Below are positions 1 through 14,092 of a DNA stretch of 64,000 bases, piece by piece. The notes under the pieces were generated by a model. That model did not search any database, was not told the origin of the DNA, and saw nothing but the letters and a program-made list of their open reading frames with translations. The translations under genes and the position numbers were made by a program. This DNA comes from Flaccisagitta enflata. Taxonomy: Eukaryota. Location: contig OZ231126.1 in NCBI GenBank assembly GCA_965153355.1, positions 31,310,001-31,374,000 on the forward strand. Reading direction: 5' to 3'. Numbering within the stretch: the first letter of the stretch is position 1; every line of letters starts with the position of its first letter.

Positions 1-274
1 AGTAAATAAGCCTACTAATGTTACTCTTTTTCCATCCTTTGCAGATTAATGATGAATTGATTAGCATTACTTACCCTCTGGTTCCCTGAATGCCGAAATG
101 AGTTGAAGTTTCAGGTACTAAGCCTTCTAAAGATGTAAATTGATGTGCTAACGATTGCCGTTAATTATTACTGCTCATTGCCTAAGTTGTTAATGATTAC
201 TAATGATTGCTAATAAATTATTTCAGACCGTTAATTGCGTCGTCACTACTACTCCGGTTAGTAAGAAAGGGAGC

Positions 275-1088
275 GAGCGGGCACAATACACTATACAATT
301 TTTCTAAGTATTGGGCCAATACAATACCATACCAATACAATACAATATCTTAAAGAATTGTACCCAATACGTAATAATATTTTAATTCACTTAATAAAAA
401 ATCTTTGTTGGATCTTCAATGAATAGTTGAAGCTCTAACTAATTTTCTTTTTATATGCTTGATCAAAAAAGATTTTTTGAATATTTTCTTAACTTTCATA
501 TATCAATATTTTTTTTCATATACTTTTTATCTTTGCCTCTTTAGGTAAGTCTCTTTGTCTGTGTTTGTCCTTGTGTGTGTGTGTCTGTGTGTGTGGGTGT
601 CTTTCTCTCTCTCTCTTTTTCTTTTTCCCTTTTTCTCCGTTATCATCTCTATTTATCTGTTTGTCAGTCTGTCTGTCTGTCTGTCTTTCTGTCTATCTGA
701 CTGTCTGTCTGTCTGTCTTTCTCTCTCTTTCTCTCTCTCTGAGTGTACTGACCCAGGATTAGATCTGAGAGAAAATCAATCTTTCCTCCTCCTCATCCTC
801 TTCATCTTCCAGATCTCATCCTCTTCTTCTTCATTTTTTTTCTGCACTTCCTAAAAAATTGATCTCTCCTGATCCTCCTCATCCACCTAACCTTATCCTC
901 TTCCTCTTCCCTACTTTTATTTTTCACCAGTTTGTTTGACCTTCCTAAGAATTCCACTAGTTTCTAAAAAAAAAAAAATATTGTATTGTATTGGGAAAAT
1001 AACAATACCCATAATAAGTATTGGGTAAACCCAATACTTATAAGTATTGTAAATACAATACAATACCCAATACGAATCGCCCCGCCTG
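275..1088. mobile_element. Probable non-autonomous DNA transposon with CAATAC/GTATTG-rich ends
   Basis: Clusters of CAATAC/GTATTG at 285-385 and 978-1075 with GC-rich termini; TIR and TSD imperfect. Confidence 0.45.
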
Positions 1089-1493
1089 TAATACCCCATT
1101 GCTAAGCCCTTGCAGTGAAACGATCTTTCTCTGATGTAACACACTGCCCCCCTCCCCGGTTCACTAAGCAAGAAATAAACAAGTAAAATGTAAGGGAGCG
1201 GACTTTTAGTTTATTTCTTTGCCAAAAATGTTTGAATATTTAAAGACATTTAAACTTAACAGAAAATAAAGTTAAAGTTGAACCGCGCCACGAGAGATGT
1301 CAATGGACTAACGAATTTCATCCATTCTAGGCGTATCTATGTTATTGCCAAATTGGAAATTAAAAAAAAAAAACATGAAGTGACCATCAATTCTTACCCG
1401 TTATAGGCGGATTGTCACTGTTCTAGGATAATAGGGAGGTGTAACTGGACGTAAATGCCTCTTTTTTCTTACTCGCGAGGCAAAAAAAATATA

Positions 1494-1774
1494 CAGTTAA
1501 AACCCGCTCTAACGGATTATAAGAGATCAACAAATTTTAACTCCTATAGATGGAATTCTAACATTTCCAATTTAGGAAAAACAAGACTAAGTAGGCCAAT
1601 AAGGTGCGACGTGTTACCCCACAGACCAACCGACCGACCGACCAACGGACACAGCCAGTTATAGAGGTGCTTTGTCGCACCTTAAAAGTGAAACATATTG
1701 AAGGGATAGTCAATTTGCATCAATGACAAGTGGAATTCTGTAAGTAGCGGTTCTGTTAGAGCGAGGTTCAACTG
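1494..1774. mobile_element. pogo/Tigger-like MITE with nested HINE-like element (1581-1687)
   Basis: TA|CAGTTAAAACCCGCTCTAAC...GTTAGAGCGAGGTTCAACTG|TA; related copies near 25350-25430 and 48740-48857. Confidence 0.75.
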
Positions 1775-1958
1775 TAACTGGTAACAACTTTCTCTGCGTT
1801 TGTTTAGACAATAAAAGCTGGTGGAATAAAAGCTGGTGGCACGGACAAGAACAACTTGAATTGAAAATAAAAGCTTTTTTTCGTATTAAATGATGGTCAA
1901 ATAGAATATCGGAATATCGCCAAACAAACAAATTCCCAAGTTTGTCGGATTTCAATAA

Positions 1959-2400
1959 CACCTCTCACATAATTAGGCGAACTTTATTCAGTGGGTTGAA
2001 ATTTGACACAAAGAGAGCTAAAATATAGTACTTTCACAGACCGGGGCAGAATTTTGAACCTGGGGAAATGCGTGGCTCTAGGAAAGTGATGTCCCAAAAA
2101 TGCAGTGAAAGATTTTCACTGATTTTGACATGAAACATTTTGATAAACCTTAAATTTTACCGTGCAAAATGCAATAAAACATCAAATCTCAGATTCTTGT
2201 ATCACAGACGGACAAAAAGGAGTCAACAGTACCAAGAGACAGTCAGTGACAGCCGTGAGAAGTTACAAAACCCCTTGTCAAATAGGATGGTTTTAGGGAG
2301 AAATTTTTTTTGTAGAACCCTCATGGAAATGATATGCCTTAATATCATACTAAACCTGGACTCAATTACGATCCCAGTTCGCCTAATTTTGTGAGAGGTG
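1959..2400. mobile_element. MITE with ~25-bp TIR CACCTCTCACA(T/A)AATTAGGCGAACT
   Basis: Flanks ATAA/TTAA (piggyBac-like or other 4-bp TSD, one mismatch). Confidence 0.7.
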
Positions 2401-2632
2401 TTAACTAAGAGGAAAGTAAACAAAACACGGGAAAAGGGGAAAGAACTAAAGAATGCCGATGCGGTATTTAAAGATTGAAGAGTATGAGGATCAAGTTAAA
2501 TAAAAGCGATACAGCAACTAAAGAGTTTTAAAGTTCATGACTTTAAAATAAGGGAGAGACAAGATCGGATACACGGCTACATCAGTCGCGAGCAGGTGGA
2601 CTGGTGCCATATTTGAGGTCACTTAAGTATTT

Positions 2633-3671
2633 CACCCTGATTTTAATCTTTTCATACTTGGAATTACAATGATCTAAGATCGTTTCTTGCATTTTCTCCA
2701 GAATTTTCGTTTATGACCTCATAAACGGGTATATCGCTCATTTCTTCATCGAGTTTTTAGGGCTGGATTGATTTTTAAGCTGCTACGTCATTCTTTTCTA
2801 TAGCGCAGCCAATCCTTTCTTTGGTGGTGATTGAATATGTTACGTCAGTCCTTTTGTCGCTTATTTCCAAACATAGAAGTGCGCATACGCGCCTCAATAA
2901 CCGATTATGCTTGTCCATTGGTTTGTCGGTCAGTCTAAAATGTTTGACAATCCACACAGTAGTTCTACTGGCCTACATGGCCTTAACCATACTTGAGGGC
3001 CTTGTTCTCATCTTTTACTACCGATTTCAATCGGTGTATTTTTCTATACATCCTCGCTCCTCTATGAGACATGTCCGTTTGTTGGTTGGTTGGTCGGTTG
3101 GTCACACAAACATTCAACTCCCAAAATCTGTAGTTCTGTCAACAGAAGAGCAGTCAACATCTCAAGTCTTTCGTACATTTGACCATTCTTCCATTCATTC
3201 ATTCATTCATTCATTCATTCATTCATTCATTCATTCATTCATTTATTCATTCATTCGTTCATTAATTATTTAGTTCTTTAGTTCATTCATTCATTCATTT
3301 ATTCATTCATTCATTCATTCATTCATTCATTCATTCATTCATTCATTCATTCGTTCATTCATTAATTCATTCATAAGTTCATTCATTTTCATTCATTCAT
3401 TCACTCATTCATTCATTCATTCATTCATTCATTCATTCATTCATTCATTCATTCATTCATTCATTCATTCATTCATTCATAGAATCGTTTATTCCTAAGA
3501 AACGTTCATAAAATCAAAAAAAGGGTTATAAAGAAAAAAGATTCATTTTTCCGTTTTATATTCGGTTCTCTGAAATCTCGATAAGCAGAAGCTGTAACAT
3601 GGGATTTTTCATAAACGAAAATTCCGCTTCCAAACGAAAAATCGATTGTAATTCGCACTCGATTCAGGGTG
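2633..3671. mobile_element. Non-autonomous element, CACCCTGA...TCAGGGTG, 4-bp TSD ATTT, inserted inside a HINE-like element
   Basis: TSD at 2629-2632 and 3672-3675. Removing the element restores the host motif atttgggcaggagc seen intact near 39863. Confidence 0.75.
3192..3480. repeat. (TTCA)n microsatellite
   Basis: Read directly. Confidence 0.95.
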
Positions 3672-3896
3672 ATTTGGGCAGGAGCGGCGAGGCCAAAGCC
3701 CGCAAAATCGTCAAACGGACCGACGGACAGACCATGCGTTTAAAAAAAAAGAGTAATAGAGCAACAATGTGAAATACTGTATATGGATTGGCCGAGGGAA
3801 AAAAACAAGTGAAAAAGAAGAAAAATCAAGTAACAGGGTGGAAAAAAGGAGAAAAAAAAACAAAAGAAAAAGAGCGAGGGAGAGAAAGAGAGAGAT

Positions 3897-4007
<111 letters not shown>

Positions 4008-4218
4008 AAAGAAAGAATAACTGAGTAACAGAGTAGAAACCTTTTGTTTACCTTTGGGAATCCGGGTAATGAATCCCATGAAGATTCAAACCACTGATAA
4101 GTGTCTTGTTTTCATTTCTATGCTCAAACTCTTTCTCTCTTTGAGTCTGTATCTTTGTCTGTCGGTCTGTCTGTCCATTTCTCTGTCTGTTTCTCTGACC
4201 CCTCTGTCTTTCATTCAT

Positions 4219-4311
<93 letters not shown>

Positions 4312-4894
4312 TTTTGTTTATCTTAGTTTGGTTATTACCTCGGTCCGAGCAGCTCGCTTTCTCTTCCATACAATGACATGTGCGGTTTTTACATTTCACG
4401 CTTTTCAGTTGTGTATACCGACCGACTTTTGCAATCTTTTCACAAGTAATCCTTTGAACTTTATTTTTCATTTTTTGTTGCACATGTCCTATCTCTTGAT
4501 ATACGATTGCTTCGGTCCGTCTGTTACTTCAGTGCTTTCTCTGTAATGATTCATAATTACAATTTACATAAAATGCTTCCAAATGCTGATTCATAATTAC
4601 AATTTACATAAAATGCTTCCAAACGTTGATTCTTATTAGAAGTTAGATCCTTGATTGATTTGTCACGCATGACACAACTTACAGATGAATGAGTGATTCT
4701 TACGCCTTTGCCAACACAGCCTCAATGCTTTTCCTTTTTTGAGTCTTATTGCAATTACCGAGATTGTAAACACTAGACAGCATCATTGCCCTTGTCAATG
4801 TTGAGAAAACCGTCTTAATAATCTTACTAACATTGCAAACGTAGTATCAAAACACTGCGACTTTACCCACCACGGCTGCAATGATGTTACCATT

Positions 4895-5352
4895 TACCAA
4901 CACTGAAAACACAGTCTCAATGCTGTTACAGACACAGCAAACACATGTCATCCCAGTAAACACAGCTGCAAGGCCTTTAAATACACTGCAAACACAGCCT
5001 CAATGCCTCAACCGATACAGCAAACACATGTCATCTCAGTAAACATAGCTGCAAGTCCATTACCAACACTGCAAACACAGTCTCAATGCCTCAACCAACA
5101 CAGCAAACACATGTCATCTCAATAAACACAGCTGCAATGCCTTTACCAACACTGCAAACACAGCCACAATGCCTCAACCGACGCAGTAAACACATGTCAT
5201 CTCAGTAAACACAGCTGCAAGGCCATTACAAACACTGCAAACACAGCCTTAATGCCTTTTCCGTCACAGCAAACAGAGATTTAATAACCCTGTCAACTCA
5301 GTTAACACAACTGCAATGCCTTTACCAACACTACAAACACAGCCTCGATGCC
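4895..5352. repeat. 83-bp higher-order tandem repeat built from ~28-bp subunits
   Basis: AAACACATGTCATC recurs about every 83 bp (~4939, 5022, 5105, 5188). Confidence 0.85.
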
Positions 5353-6269
5353 CTTGCTCTAAAGGACAACATCGCGATTTGCCACTGAGATGTTTGGGAA
5401 CGAAAGCGGGAGCTCAACAGTCATCGTTTCAAGCTGCGGGATGAATATTCCCAAATAGGAACGTCAGCTTTCATTTTATTACGTAAGAATTCCGGAAACT
5501 GAAGTTTTAAAGAATTATCATTTTTTCTTTTGGTTCAGACTACCCTCTTTAAATCAAAATGTGATGGAGACTTACTCAGCTTGAGTAAGAAGTCTTGTAG
5601 AGTGGCTAGTCCGCGACTGAAATCAAACACAAAAGATACTTTATATTTGCAAAGCATGTACAGTAAAAGCTTGCTGTAAAAAAACCACCAGTTAAGAAAT
5701 TCTGCCCATAGTATATGTCAAATCATAGTTGTAGTAAGCCTCTAGGCCTCGATTTTGAGGACTGGGGCTGAGGACTTCGAAGGTTGTTTTTTTTCCTAAA
5801 GGCTATAAGCTGAGCTTGAGGCCAGACTGAGGCTTAAGTTGTAGACATTGTTGTTAAGATCAAAGCTTGAAAGCAGGCTTGAGGGTTGAATTACTGTTTC
5901 AGTACAAGCTTAATACACCTCAAAGGGGTTGCTATCCTTTTCTCTCTAAAAAGGGCAAGGGTTCGCTGACGATAGCCGATCCTTGTATGCTTAAATTCTT
6001 CTTGTCCTATTTTTTCATTTACTTTCTTTTTTTTTTCTGGTTCTTTCGTTTCTAGTTTCTTGCTTTATTACGCAGTTTTCGTTCTCTTCCTCCTAAAAAG
6101 TCGCTGTTTGTAGCATGTTAATGGGGTCTCACCAAGGGCTTCCAACCCTGGGAATCCGTCCCTTTGACTGTCCTCTGGTCTGTTTGACACTCCTCTGTCT
6201 GTCCGCCTGTGTGTCTGTGTGTGTGTCTGTGTGTCTGTCTGTGTGTCTGTCTGTGTGTCTGTCTGTCTT

Positions 6270-6350
<81 letters not shown>

Positions 6351-6729
6351 TTTCCATAAAGAAGAGTTCTGGGTTAAAGAAGCGAATTTTCTTTTTTTGC
6401 AGCTTTGGAAAGAAATGTCGTTAAAGCACTTAGGGTCAGTTATAATGGGGAGAAATAGTCAGCTCTCGCTGGTCTTGAGGTTTTCTTTCTTTCTATTCTT
6501 CTGGCTGTCCCTGCCCCTCCCTCTTTCTCTCTGTCTGACTGTCCTTCTATTAGCACGTCCTATTGTCTGTCTCATGGGCGTGTGTTTCTTTCTTGGGAAT
6601 CACTGAAGCTTGTCCTGTGAAAGGAGTAAAGTTCTTGCCGCTACCAAGTGTAATTCAAGAAAATGAAGCATTTTTTTTGCCTCTTTTGTATCTAACATTA
6701 ACTGAAGTGTATAAAATAAAATGTATTAC

Positions 6730-7419
6730 CCGTCTTGAGCTGAATTCCGAGAGCAGTTTGGTCCAATGAAAATACCAAAAGTATGTGAAGTACCAGCAAA
6801 GCAGATCTCAACGATTTGAAAGTTGGAAATTTAGTAGTTGATGATGGTGATGGTGATGGTGATAGTGATGGTGATGGTGATGGTGATGGTGATAGTGATA
6901 GTGATAGCGATGGTGATGATGAAAGTGATGGTGATGTTTTTGATGAGGATGTGGAAAATGACGTTGTTCTTGTTCTTAAGCATGATAAGAGTTGAATGAA
7001 GTCCAAATTTGGTTCTTCTGTATGACGAGAAATTTCTTTTTGAACACTTAAGAACAGGCGCCACAGAGGTATAACAAATTTTCCCATATTAGACACATCA
7101 GAATTTATTCCATCTTTGAGAAGGACTCTTCTAGATGGGCTGTTATCGTTGTTTCGCTGGTAAACATGATCTTGCTTGTTTTTGTCAAAGATTACTCTAA
7201 GAAATTGTTTTCTCCGCCGTAAAAGTAAAAGTTTTCTCTTTCGAGGTTGGATGTTGCCATTTGGCAAAACTTTTTCACTTTTTCCATTCATAGTTTGTTT
7301 ACACAATTGTTGTAATTGTTGATATTGTTTTAAGTTTAGAGCTTCCACCATATTGATCAACGAAAAGAATTTCACCGTCGAGAAAAGAACGCCATTTGTT
7401 TTCAAACGATGCCAAAATC
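6730..7419 (-). CDS. Possible coding exon of unknown gene (about 230 aa open frame)
   Basis: Mostly non-repetitive ORF 6698..7405 flanked by atccag and gtaata; ends in a signal-peptide-like stretch ALLVLHILLVFSLDQTALG; no recognised family. Confidence 0.3.
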
Positions 7420-7597
7420 TGGATAATCAAAAAGACATTTTTGTTTCTAGTTGATAATAGATTGTGCCTCGTCTTGGTTGGAGAGAGCGTCGAGAAATCA
7501 GTTGTTGACTTTTTTGATCGGACGAAACTAGATAAAAAAATGTACTCAGGGTTTATTGTTTGGTCGTCTGTCTCACGGATCATCAGCTCCCTTTTCA

Positions 7598-7654
<57 letters not shown>

Positions 7655-7685
7655 CGTTGTCGTTGTCGTTGTCGTCGTCGTCGTC

Positions 7686-7772
<87 letters not shown>

Positions 7773-7804
7773 CGTTGTCGTTGTCGTTGTCGTCGTCGTC
7801 GTCT

Positions 7805-7901
<97 letters not shown>

Positions 7902-7947
7902 CGTCGTTGTCGTCGTCGTCGTCGTCCTCGTCGTCGTCCTCGCCGTT

Positions 7948-7982
<35 letters not shown>

Positions 7983-8006
7983 TGTTGCTGTTGTTGCTGT
8001 TGCTTA

Positions 8007-8045
<39 letters not shown>

Positions 8046-8113
8046 CGTCGTCGTCGTCGTTTTTGTTTTGTTTTTGTTTTTGCTTTTGTTGTTGTTGTTG
8101 TTGTTGTTGTTGC

Positions 8114-8150
<37 letters not shown>

Positions 8151-8183
8151 GCTGTTGTTATTATTATTGTTGTTGCTGTTGTT

Positions 8184-8249
<66 letters not shown>

Positions 8250-8278
8250 TGTTGTTGTTGCTGTCGTTGTCGTGTCGT

Positions 8279-8321
<43 letters not shown>

Positions 8322-8450
8322 TGTTGTTTTGTTGTTGTTGCTGTTGCTGTTGCTGTTGTTGCTGTTGTTGTTGTTTGCTATTGCTGTTGCTGTTGTTGTT
8401 GTTGTTGTTGTTGTTGTTGTCGTCATCGTCGTCGTCGTCATTGTTGTTGC

Positions 8451-8506
<56 letters not shown>
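7598..8506. repeat. Compound (GTT/GTC/GCT)n microsatellite, about 900 bp
   Basis: Read directly; similar tracts at 13830-14092 and 19120-19592 (AAC). Confidence 0.97.
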
Positions 8507-8507
<1 letters not shown>

Positions 8508-9298
8508 ATCCTCTCTTTTGGTCTCTTCTGTAGAGGCCAAAGGCGTTTGCCAATCTTAATGAGGTGCGACCAAGAATTCTTCAAGGCTGATTTGTAAACT
8601 CCGATACTTTTCCTCACCTTCAATTTTTTTTTCTTTTTTTGTGTATATTTCTCCTTCTTTCTCTTTGTGCATGTCTGTGACTTTCTTTGTCTGTCTCTTC
8701 GTTTTAGTCACTTATTTTGTCCGTCTGTTTCTCTGCCAATCATTTTGTCTATTATGAATTCAAAATATTCGGTTCATTCACATATCTTTTTGCCACATCT
8801 TATCACTGGTTACTTTCATTTTCCCTCTTTTTTTTTTCTTCCTTCTCTATCTCTCCCTTTCTCACTCTCATATTTTCCTATTTTCTTTCGTTAATCTATA
8901 TGCAAATTCTGTCCCGTGCTGCGAGAATCTCACAACTCGGTCACAGTAAACAGAATCTGACGAATTGCTGCCCTTATGGTATATCTCGGTCACAGGCTTA
9001 CCGTAAACTGAAACTGACGAAATTCAAACTCATGAAGTTCAGTCAAAGGAAAAAGAATCTGATAAAATATGACTTTTGCTAGTTTCTCTCAACTCCACCT
9101 GATCTCATGTTCTTTGAGTTGTGTGAGTTCTCAGAACTTAGTCACAGTTAAGAGAAGCTAAGACCATTGTCTCATTTATTTTACCCACAATTTTTTCCCT
9201 TGGCCTATTTGTTTTTGTTCTGTTTTTGCAACCGGACCAGTTTTGTACTGTCCATTTGTGCTTAGTCCCTTCCTGTATAGAACATCTTTGGTTTGCCC

Positions 9299-11482
9299 TT
9301 TTGGGCAGCGGCCCTGAGGCTCAATTTCCAGCCTTAAAGGTCAAATCCCAGTCTCAAGGCTCTAATCCTAGCTTTTAGGCTCAAATTCCAGCCTTGAGGC
9401 TTAAATCCCAGCCTCAAGGCTCATATCCCAGCTTTGAGGCTCAGTTACCAGCCTCAAGGCTCAATTCACAGTGTTGAGGCTTCCATCCCAGCTTTGAGGC
9501 TTCAATCCCAGCCTTGGGGCTTCAATCCCAGCCTCAAGGCTCAAATCCCAGCTTTGAGGCTCGGTTCCAAGCCTAAAAGCTCATTTGACAGCGTTGAGGC
9601 TCAGCCTCAAGGCTCAAATCCCAGCCTCCAAGCATGGAGACTTAATTTCCAGCTTTGAGACTCAATTCCCAGCTTCGAGGCACAAATCCCAGCCTCAAGG
9701 CTCAAATTCCATCCTCAAAGCTCAAATTCTGGTCTTGAGGGTCAAATCCCAGCATCAAGGCTCAAATCTTAGCCTCATGCCTAAAGGCATACCGAGCATA
9801 GGTCATCGGCCCCTTCAGGGCTGCTGCCCCTCTCACCATCACACATCCACATACACTCACATAGGGGCAACGGGTACCGCTGACCATCTAACGCTTTTGC
9901 GACTTTTTTTCCTGTATTTGCTTTTCGGCAGCGGCCCCGAAGGGGTTGATGACCTATGCTTTCACACATAAGGGGAATTTTCTCCTCCTCCCTCTTCTCC
10001 TCCTTCTCCTCCGACCGTCCCCCCTCAACTCAAATCCTAGCCTTGAGGCCCAAATCCCAGCCTTGAGGCCCAAATCCCAGCCTGAAGGCCCAAATCCCAT
10101 CCTCTAGGCCCAAATCCCATCCTTGAGGCCCAAATTCCATCCTGGAAGCCCAAATCCTCTCCTAGAGGCCCAAATCCCATCCTCGAGGCCCAAATCCCAT
10201 CCTCAAAGCCCAAGTCTCAGCCTTGAGGCCCAAAGTCCAGCCTAAAGGCCCAAATCCCAGCCTCGAGACCCAAATCCCAGCCTTGAGACCCAAATCCCAG
10301 CCTCAAGACCCAAATCCCATCCTCGAGGCCCAAATTCCAGACAGAGGAGATGGAGGAGAAGGAGGAGGAGAACAAGGAGAAAATTCCCATATGTGTGAAA
10401 GCATAGGTCATCAACCCCTTCGGGGCCGCTGCCCTGCTCCCTCCTTCAACTTCAAGCACAACCTACTTAGGCAGGGCACGGGTACCGCTGACCATCTAAC
10501 GCTTTTGCGACTATTTTCTTTACCATCATCACAAATAAAATCATTCAAACTGAATCACAGCATCGACTTTGAAAGAACCACTGCTCCTAAGAAAAATTAA
10601 AACAGGTCGCCCAAGGGCAATAAGAGGTCAGCGATACCTGTTGGCCTGCTTTGCATTATTGTGAATTTGAGTGAGGGAAAGCAGGGCAGCGGCCTCGAAG
10701 GGGACACAACCCTGTAAAATACAGGGGGTTTTTTGTTTGTCCGTCCGTCCAAAGATTTGAGGTTTGAAGAGGCTAATTTGAGGACTGAGAGGCCAGACAT
10801 GAGGTCTGAGAGGCCTGAATTGAGATTTTATGTCTTAATAAGCAAATTATAGGGCCAGAAAGGCTGTTGAGGACTGATTTATGCGTGAAAGAACTAATTT
10901 AAGGCTTAGATGGCTGATTTGAGACCTGAAAGGGCTGACCAAAGGCCTGCATCAGCTGATTGGAGGCCTGAGAGGCCTAATCTGAGGTCTGAGAGGCCTG
11001 ATATGAGGTCTGGGAGGCCCGATATGAGATCTGAGAGGCCTTCTTTGAGGTCTGAGAGGCCTTATTTCAGGCCTGAGAGGCCTGATTTGAAGCCTGAGAG
11101 GCCTGATTTAAAGCCTGAGAAGCCTGATTTGAGTCCTGACCAGGGGGGGACAGACGGCGGACGAACAAACAAACGAGCAAAAGTCCCCCTGTGTTCTACA
11201 GGACTTCATCCCCTTCGGGGCCGCTGCCCAAAAAATGATGCGGGGTCACAATTTCGTTGCGAACGTCGTTATGAACAGGGGCGTCCAACGCCCACAGGGG
11301 CGTCCAACGCCCATCCACACCCCACGTCCCCCAGCCCACACAAACACATACACCAAGACCATTGAAACGCTTGTTTTCCCACTTTTTGACTGGTCCTCAT
11401 GGACGGACCAAAAGACGGACCAATGGATGGATCAACGAACAGATAAAGCCTCTTATAGAGTTACATGTCCGCAACTAAAAAC
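9299..11482. mobile_element. Cluster of Helentron/DINE-1-like (HINE) elements with internal 20-21-bp tandem arrays
   Basis: GGGCAGCGGCCCC...GGGGCCGCTGCCC subterminal IRs, GAGGCTCAAATCCCAGCCT / GAGGCCTGATTTGAGGTCT arrays, 3' GGTACCGCTGACC motif, T-rich flanks. Confidence 0.7.
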
Positions 11483-13028
11483 TACCGTTTCCCTTTGATT
11501 TGCGCCTGAGGCGCTGACAAAATGGAAATGATATTGCTTTTGCCCCTTAATTAGCGCCCTCAAATGTACTACAAAAAAGCCCGACCGGGCAAAGATGCGT
11601 CCGGACAGTGACTCAGAGTGTATTGAGACAGAGAGACAGATGGACGATCTGACAGATGAGATGACAGAGTAGTTTGTCGATCATTAAAATTCAGTGTAGA
11701 TTGTAGAATATCACCATGGCCAAAACAGCCAAAAAACGCGGTTTTTGCACGGACGGACGGACGGACGGACAGACGGACGGACGTTTGGACAGACGGATAA
11801 ACGGACGCACAGATGGACAGACGGACGGACAGACGAACAGACAGGATGGATGGACGGACAGACGGGCGGACAAACCCTCTTATAGAGATGCGTTCCTGAC
11901 GGACACATCTAAAAATATAAAATGACGAAATCGCTGGAGACTTAAAAGTGGAGATTTATTTGAAACGAGGCCAAGTAGGCCAATAAGGTGCACCGTGAGG
12001 ATCGTCAAAAGAACGCGTTACCGACCAACCAATAGACCGACCGACTAACCAACGGACACAGCCAGTAATAAAGGTGCTTTGGCGCACCTAAAAACGGTAA
12101 GTTTCCTATAATTAACCCTGTTTCCTTGGGCTAAAATTGCAATGCAAAACCTCCGTCATCGGTGAAATTTGAATCCGTGCAAAACACCTGTTTGATACGG
12201 GCCTAACAGCGGAGGAGGTGGTTCTCAGAAAATAAATGAATCAACAGGCGAGAGAATAGACAAATGAATGATTAAATCGACACTTAAAAGGATGAAAGAT
12301 AAAAAGTGACAAATCTACGATGAATGTCACATCATGCAAATGAGCTGTAAAAACAAGCACCACACATAGATGATAGAAAAAAACCAAAGATGATGGCCAC
12401 CTGGAGGCACGAGCACACGAACACAAGAGGCAGTTCTATGAAGTTCAAAACGCCATCAAGCGTAAAGTCAAGTTATAGTTCTTGGTTAAATGATACCAGA
12501 AAAGATGTTGGAAGTTATCATCATTTTAATTCTTGCGTGCCTCATCTGAATTAAATCTGAAAGGAAAGAGAGAGAAAAGACAAGGAAACAAGGCCGGACA
12601 CACCGCTACACAAGTCACGTGCGGGTGGGCAGGGGTAGTGATAGAATAGGTCATCATGCTTTTGGGCAGGAGCAGTCATGCTAAAACCGCCCGTAAACGC
12701 CGAAACAGTAAAGAATAGTAAAGTTTGATGGCCGGATGGCCGAACTGACGAATGGACCAACAGATGGACCGACAGTCAAAGCGGGTTGTAGAGTCACGTG
12801 TACGCGACTAAAAAAGGAAGAGGAAGTAGGGTAGTTGGGAACAGAGAGAGAAAGAATGGACGGAAATATGGAAAGAAAAAAAAGAAATAAAGACGAAAGA
12901 AAGAGGAAGAAGAAAGGAGAACAGAAGCAGTAAGAGGTGAAAGGAAAAAAAGGAAGGAAACAGAGATGAAAGAAGGAAGAGTGAAAGCAGGTAGAAAGAA
13001 AATATGAAAGCATAGAAAGATAAAGGTA

Positions 13029-13622
13029 CAGTGGGGTTTGTGGAATAACAGCCTAAACTGGAGGAAGGTATTTAAATTAATTTCATTTGACAAATTTGAT
13101 ATTTGAAATTTAAGTTGTTCACTCCATGCTTTTGTCCCTGAGTTTTTTGGTTGCTATGGAAACCAAACTTATTTTTTCAAACATTTATAACCACTAAAAT
13201 ATCAATATTTTGAGAAATACTGTCAGGGAACATTGTTCAAAATTGAATTTGCTATAACTTTCCCACAGTATGTTTTGTAAGAATATTGCTCATTTGGCCA
13301 TTGCTAGGGGGCATCACACCTAGCAACCGCTAAATGATGCTCCCTAGCAACGGCTAAACAAGCAATATTCTTACAGGACATACTGTGGGAAAGTTGTAGC
13401 AAATTTAATTCTGAGCAATGTTCCCTGATAATATTTGTTAAAATATCGATATTCTAGTTATAAATGTTCAAAAAAATAATTTTGGTTTCCATAGCAACCA
13501 AAAACTCAGGGACAAACGCATGAAGTGAACAACTTATATTTCAAATATCAAGTTTGTCAAATGAAATTAGGACACTTAAATACCTTCCTCCAGTTTAGGC
13601 TGTTATTCCACGAACCCCACTG
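13029..13622. mobile_element. Foldback Tc1/mariner-type MITE
   Basis: TA|CAGTGGGGTT...AACCCCACTG|TA; nearly the whole 594 bp is an imperfect palindrome. Confidence 0.9.
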
Positions 13623-13861
13623 TAGGCTGAATGGACGACTAGGATGGAGAAAAAGAAAAAGAATGAAAAGAGAGAAGAGAGACAGCAAAAGGCGAAATAT
13701 CACAGCAAAAAGAAGGTCGTAAATTTGTTGTTGCGCCATCTTTTGATCAGGAATTGATCAGAACTGACGGAGTGTAAAGGGATCTCCCGATGTTCTGCTG
13801 CTGCTACTGCTGCTTCAATCAATGTTTAGGTTGTTGCTGTTTTTGATGTTGTTGTTTTTGA

Positions 13862-13975
<114 letters not shown>

Positions 13976-14009
13976 GTGGTTGTGGTTTTTGTTGTTGTTG
14001 TTGTTGTTT

Positions 14010-14090
<81 letters not shown>

Positions 14091-14092
<2 letters not shown>

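Noticed and set aside
7396..8623. Long ORFs of 325-387 aa
   Set aside because: They are homopolymeric translations of a (GTT/GTC)n microsatellite that is open in several frames.
9434..11365. Repetitive ORFs (AQIPASRLKSQP, RSERPDL) here and at 35-40 kb
   Set aside because: They are translations of 20/21-bp internal arrays of non-autonomous elements, with no conserved frame between copies.
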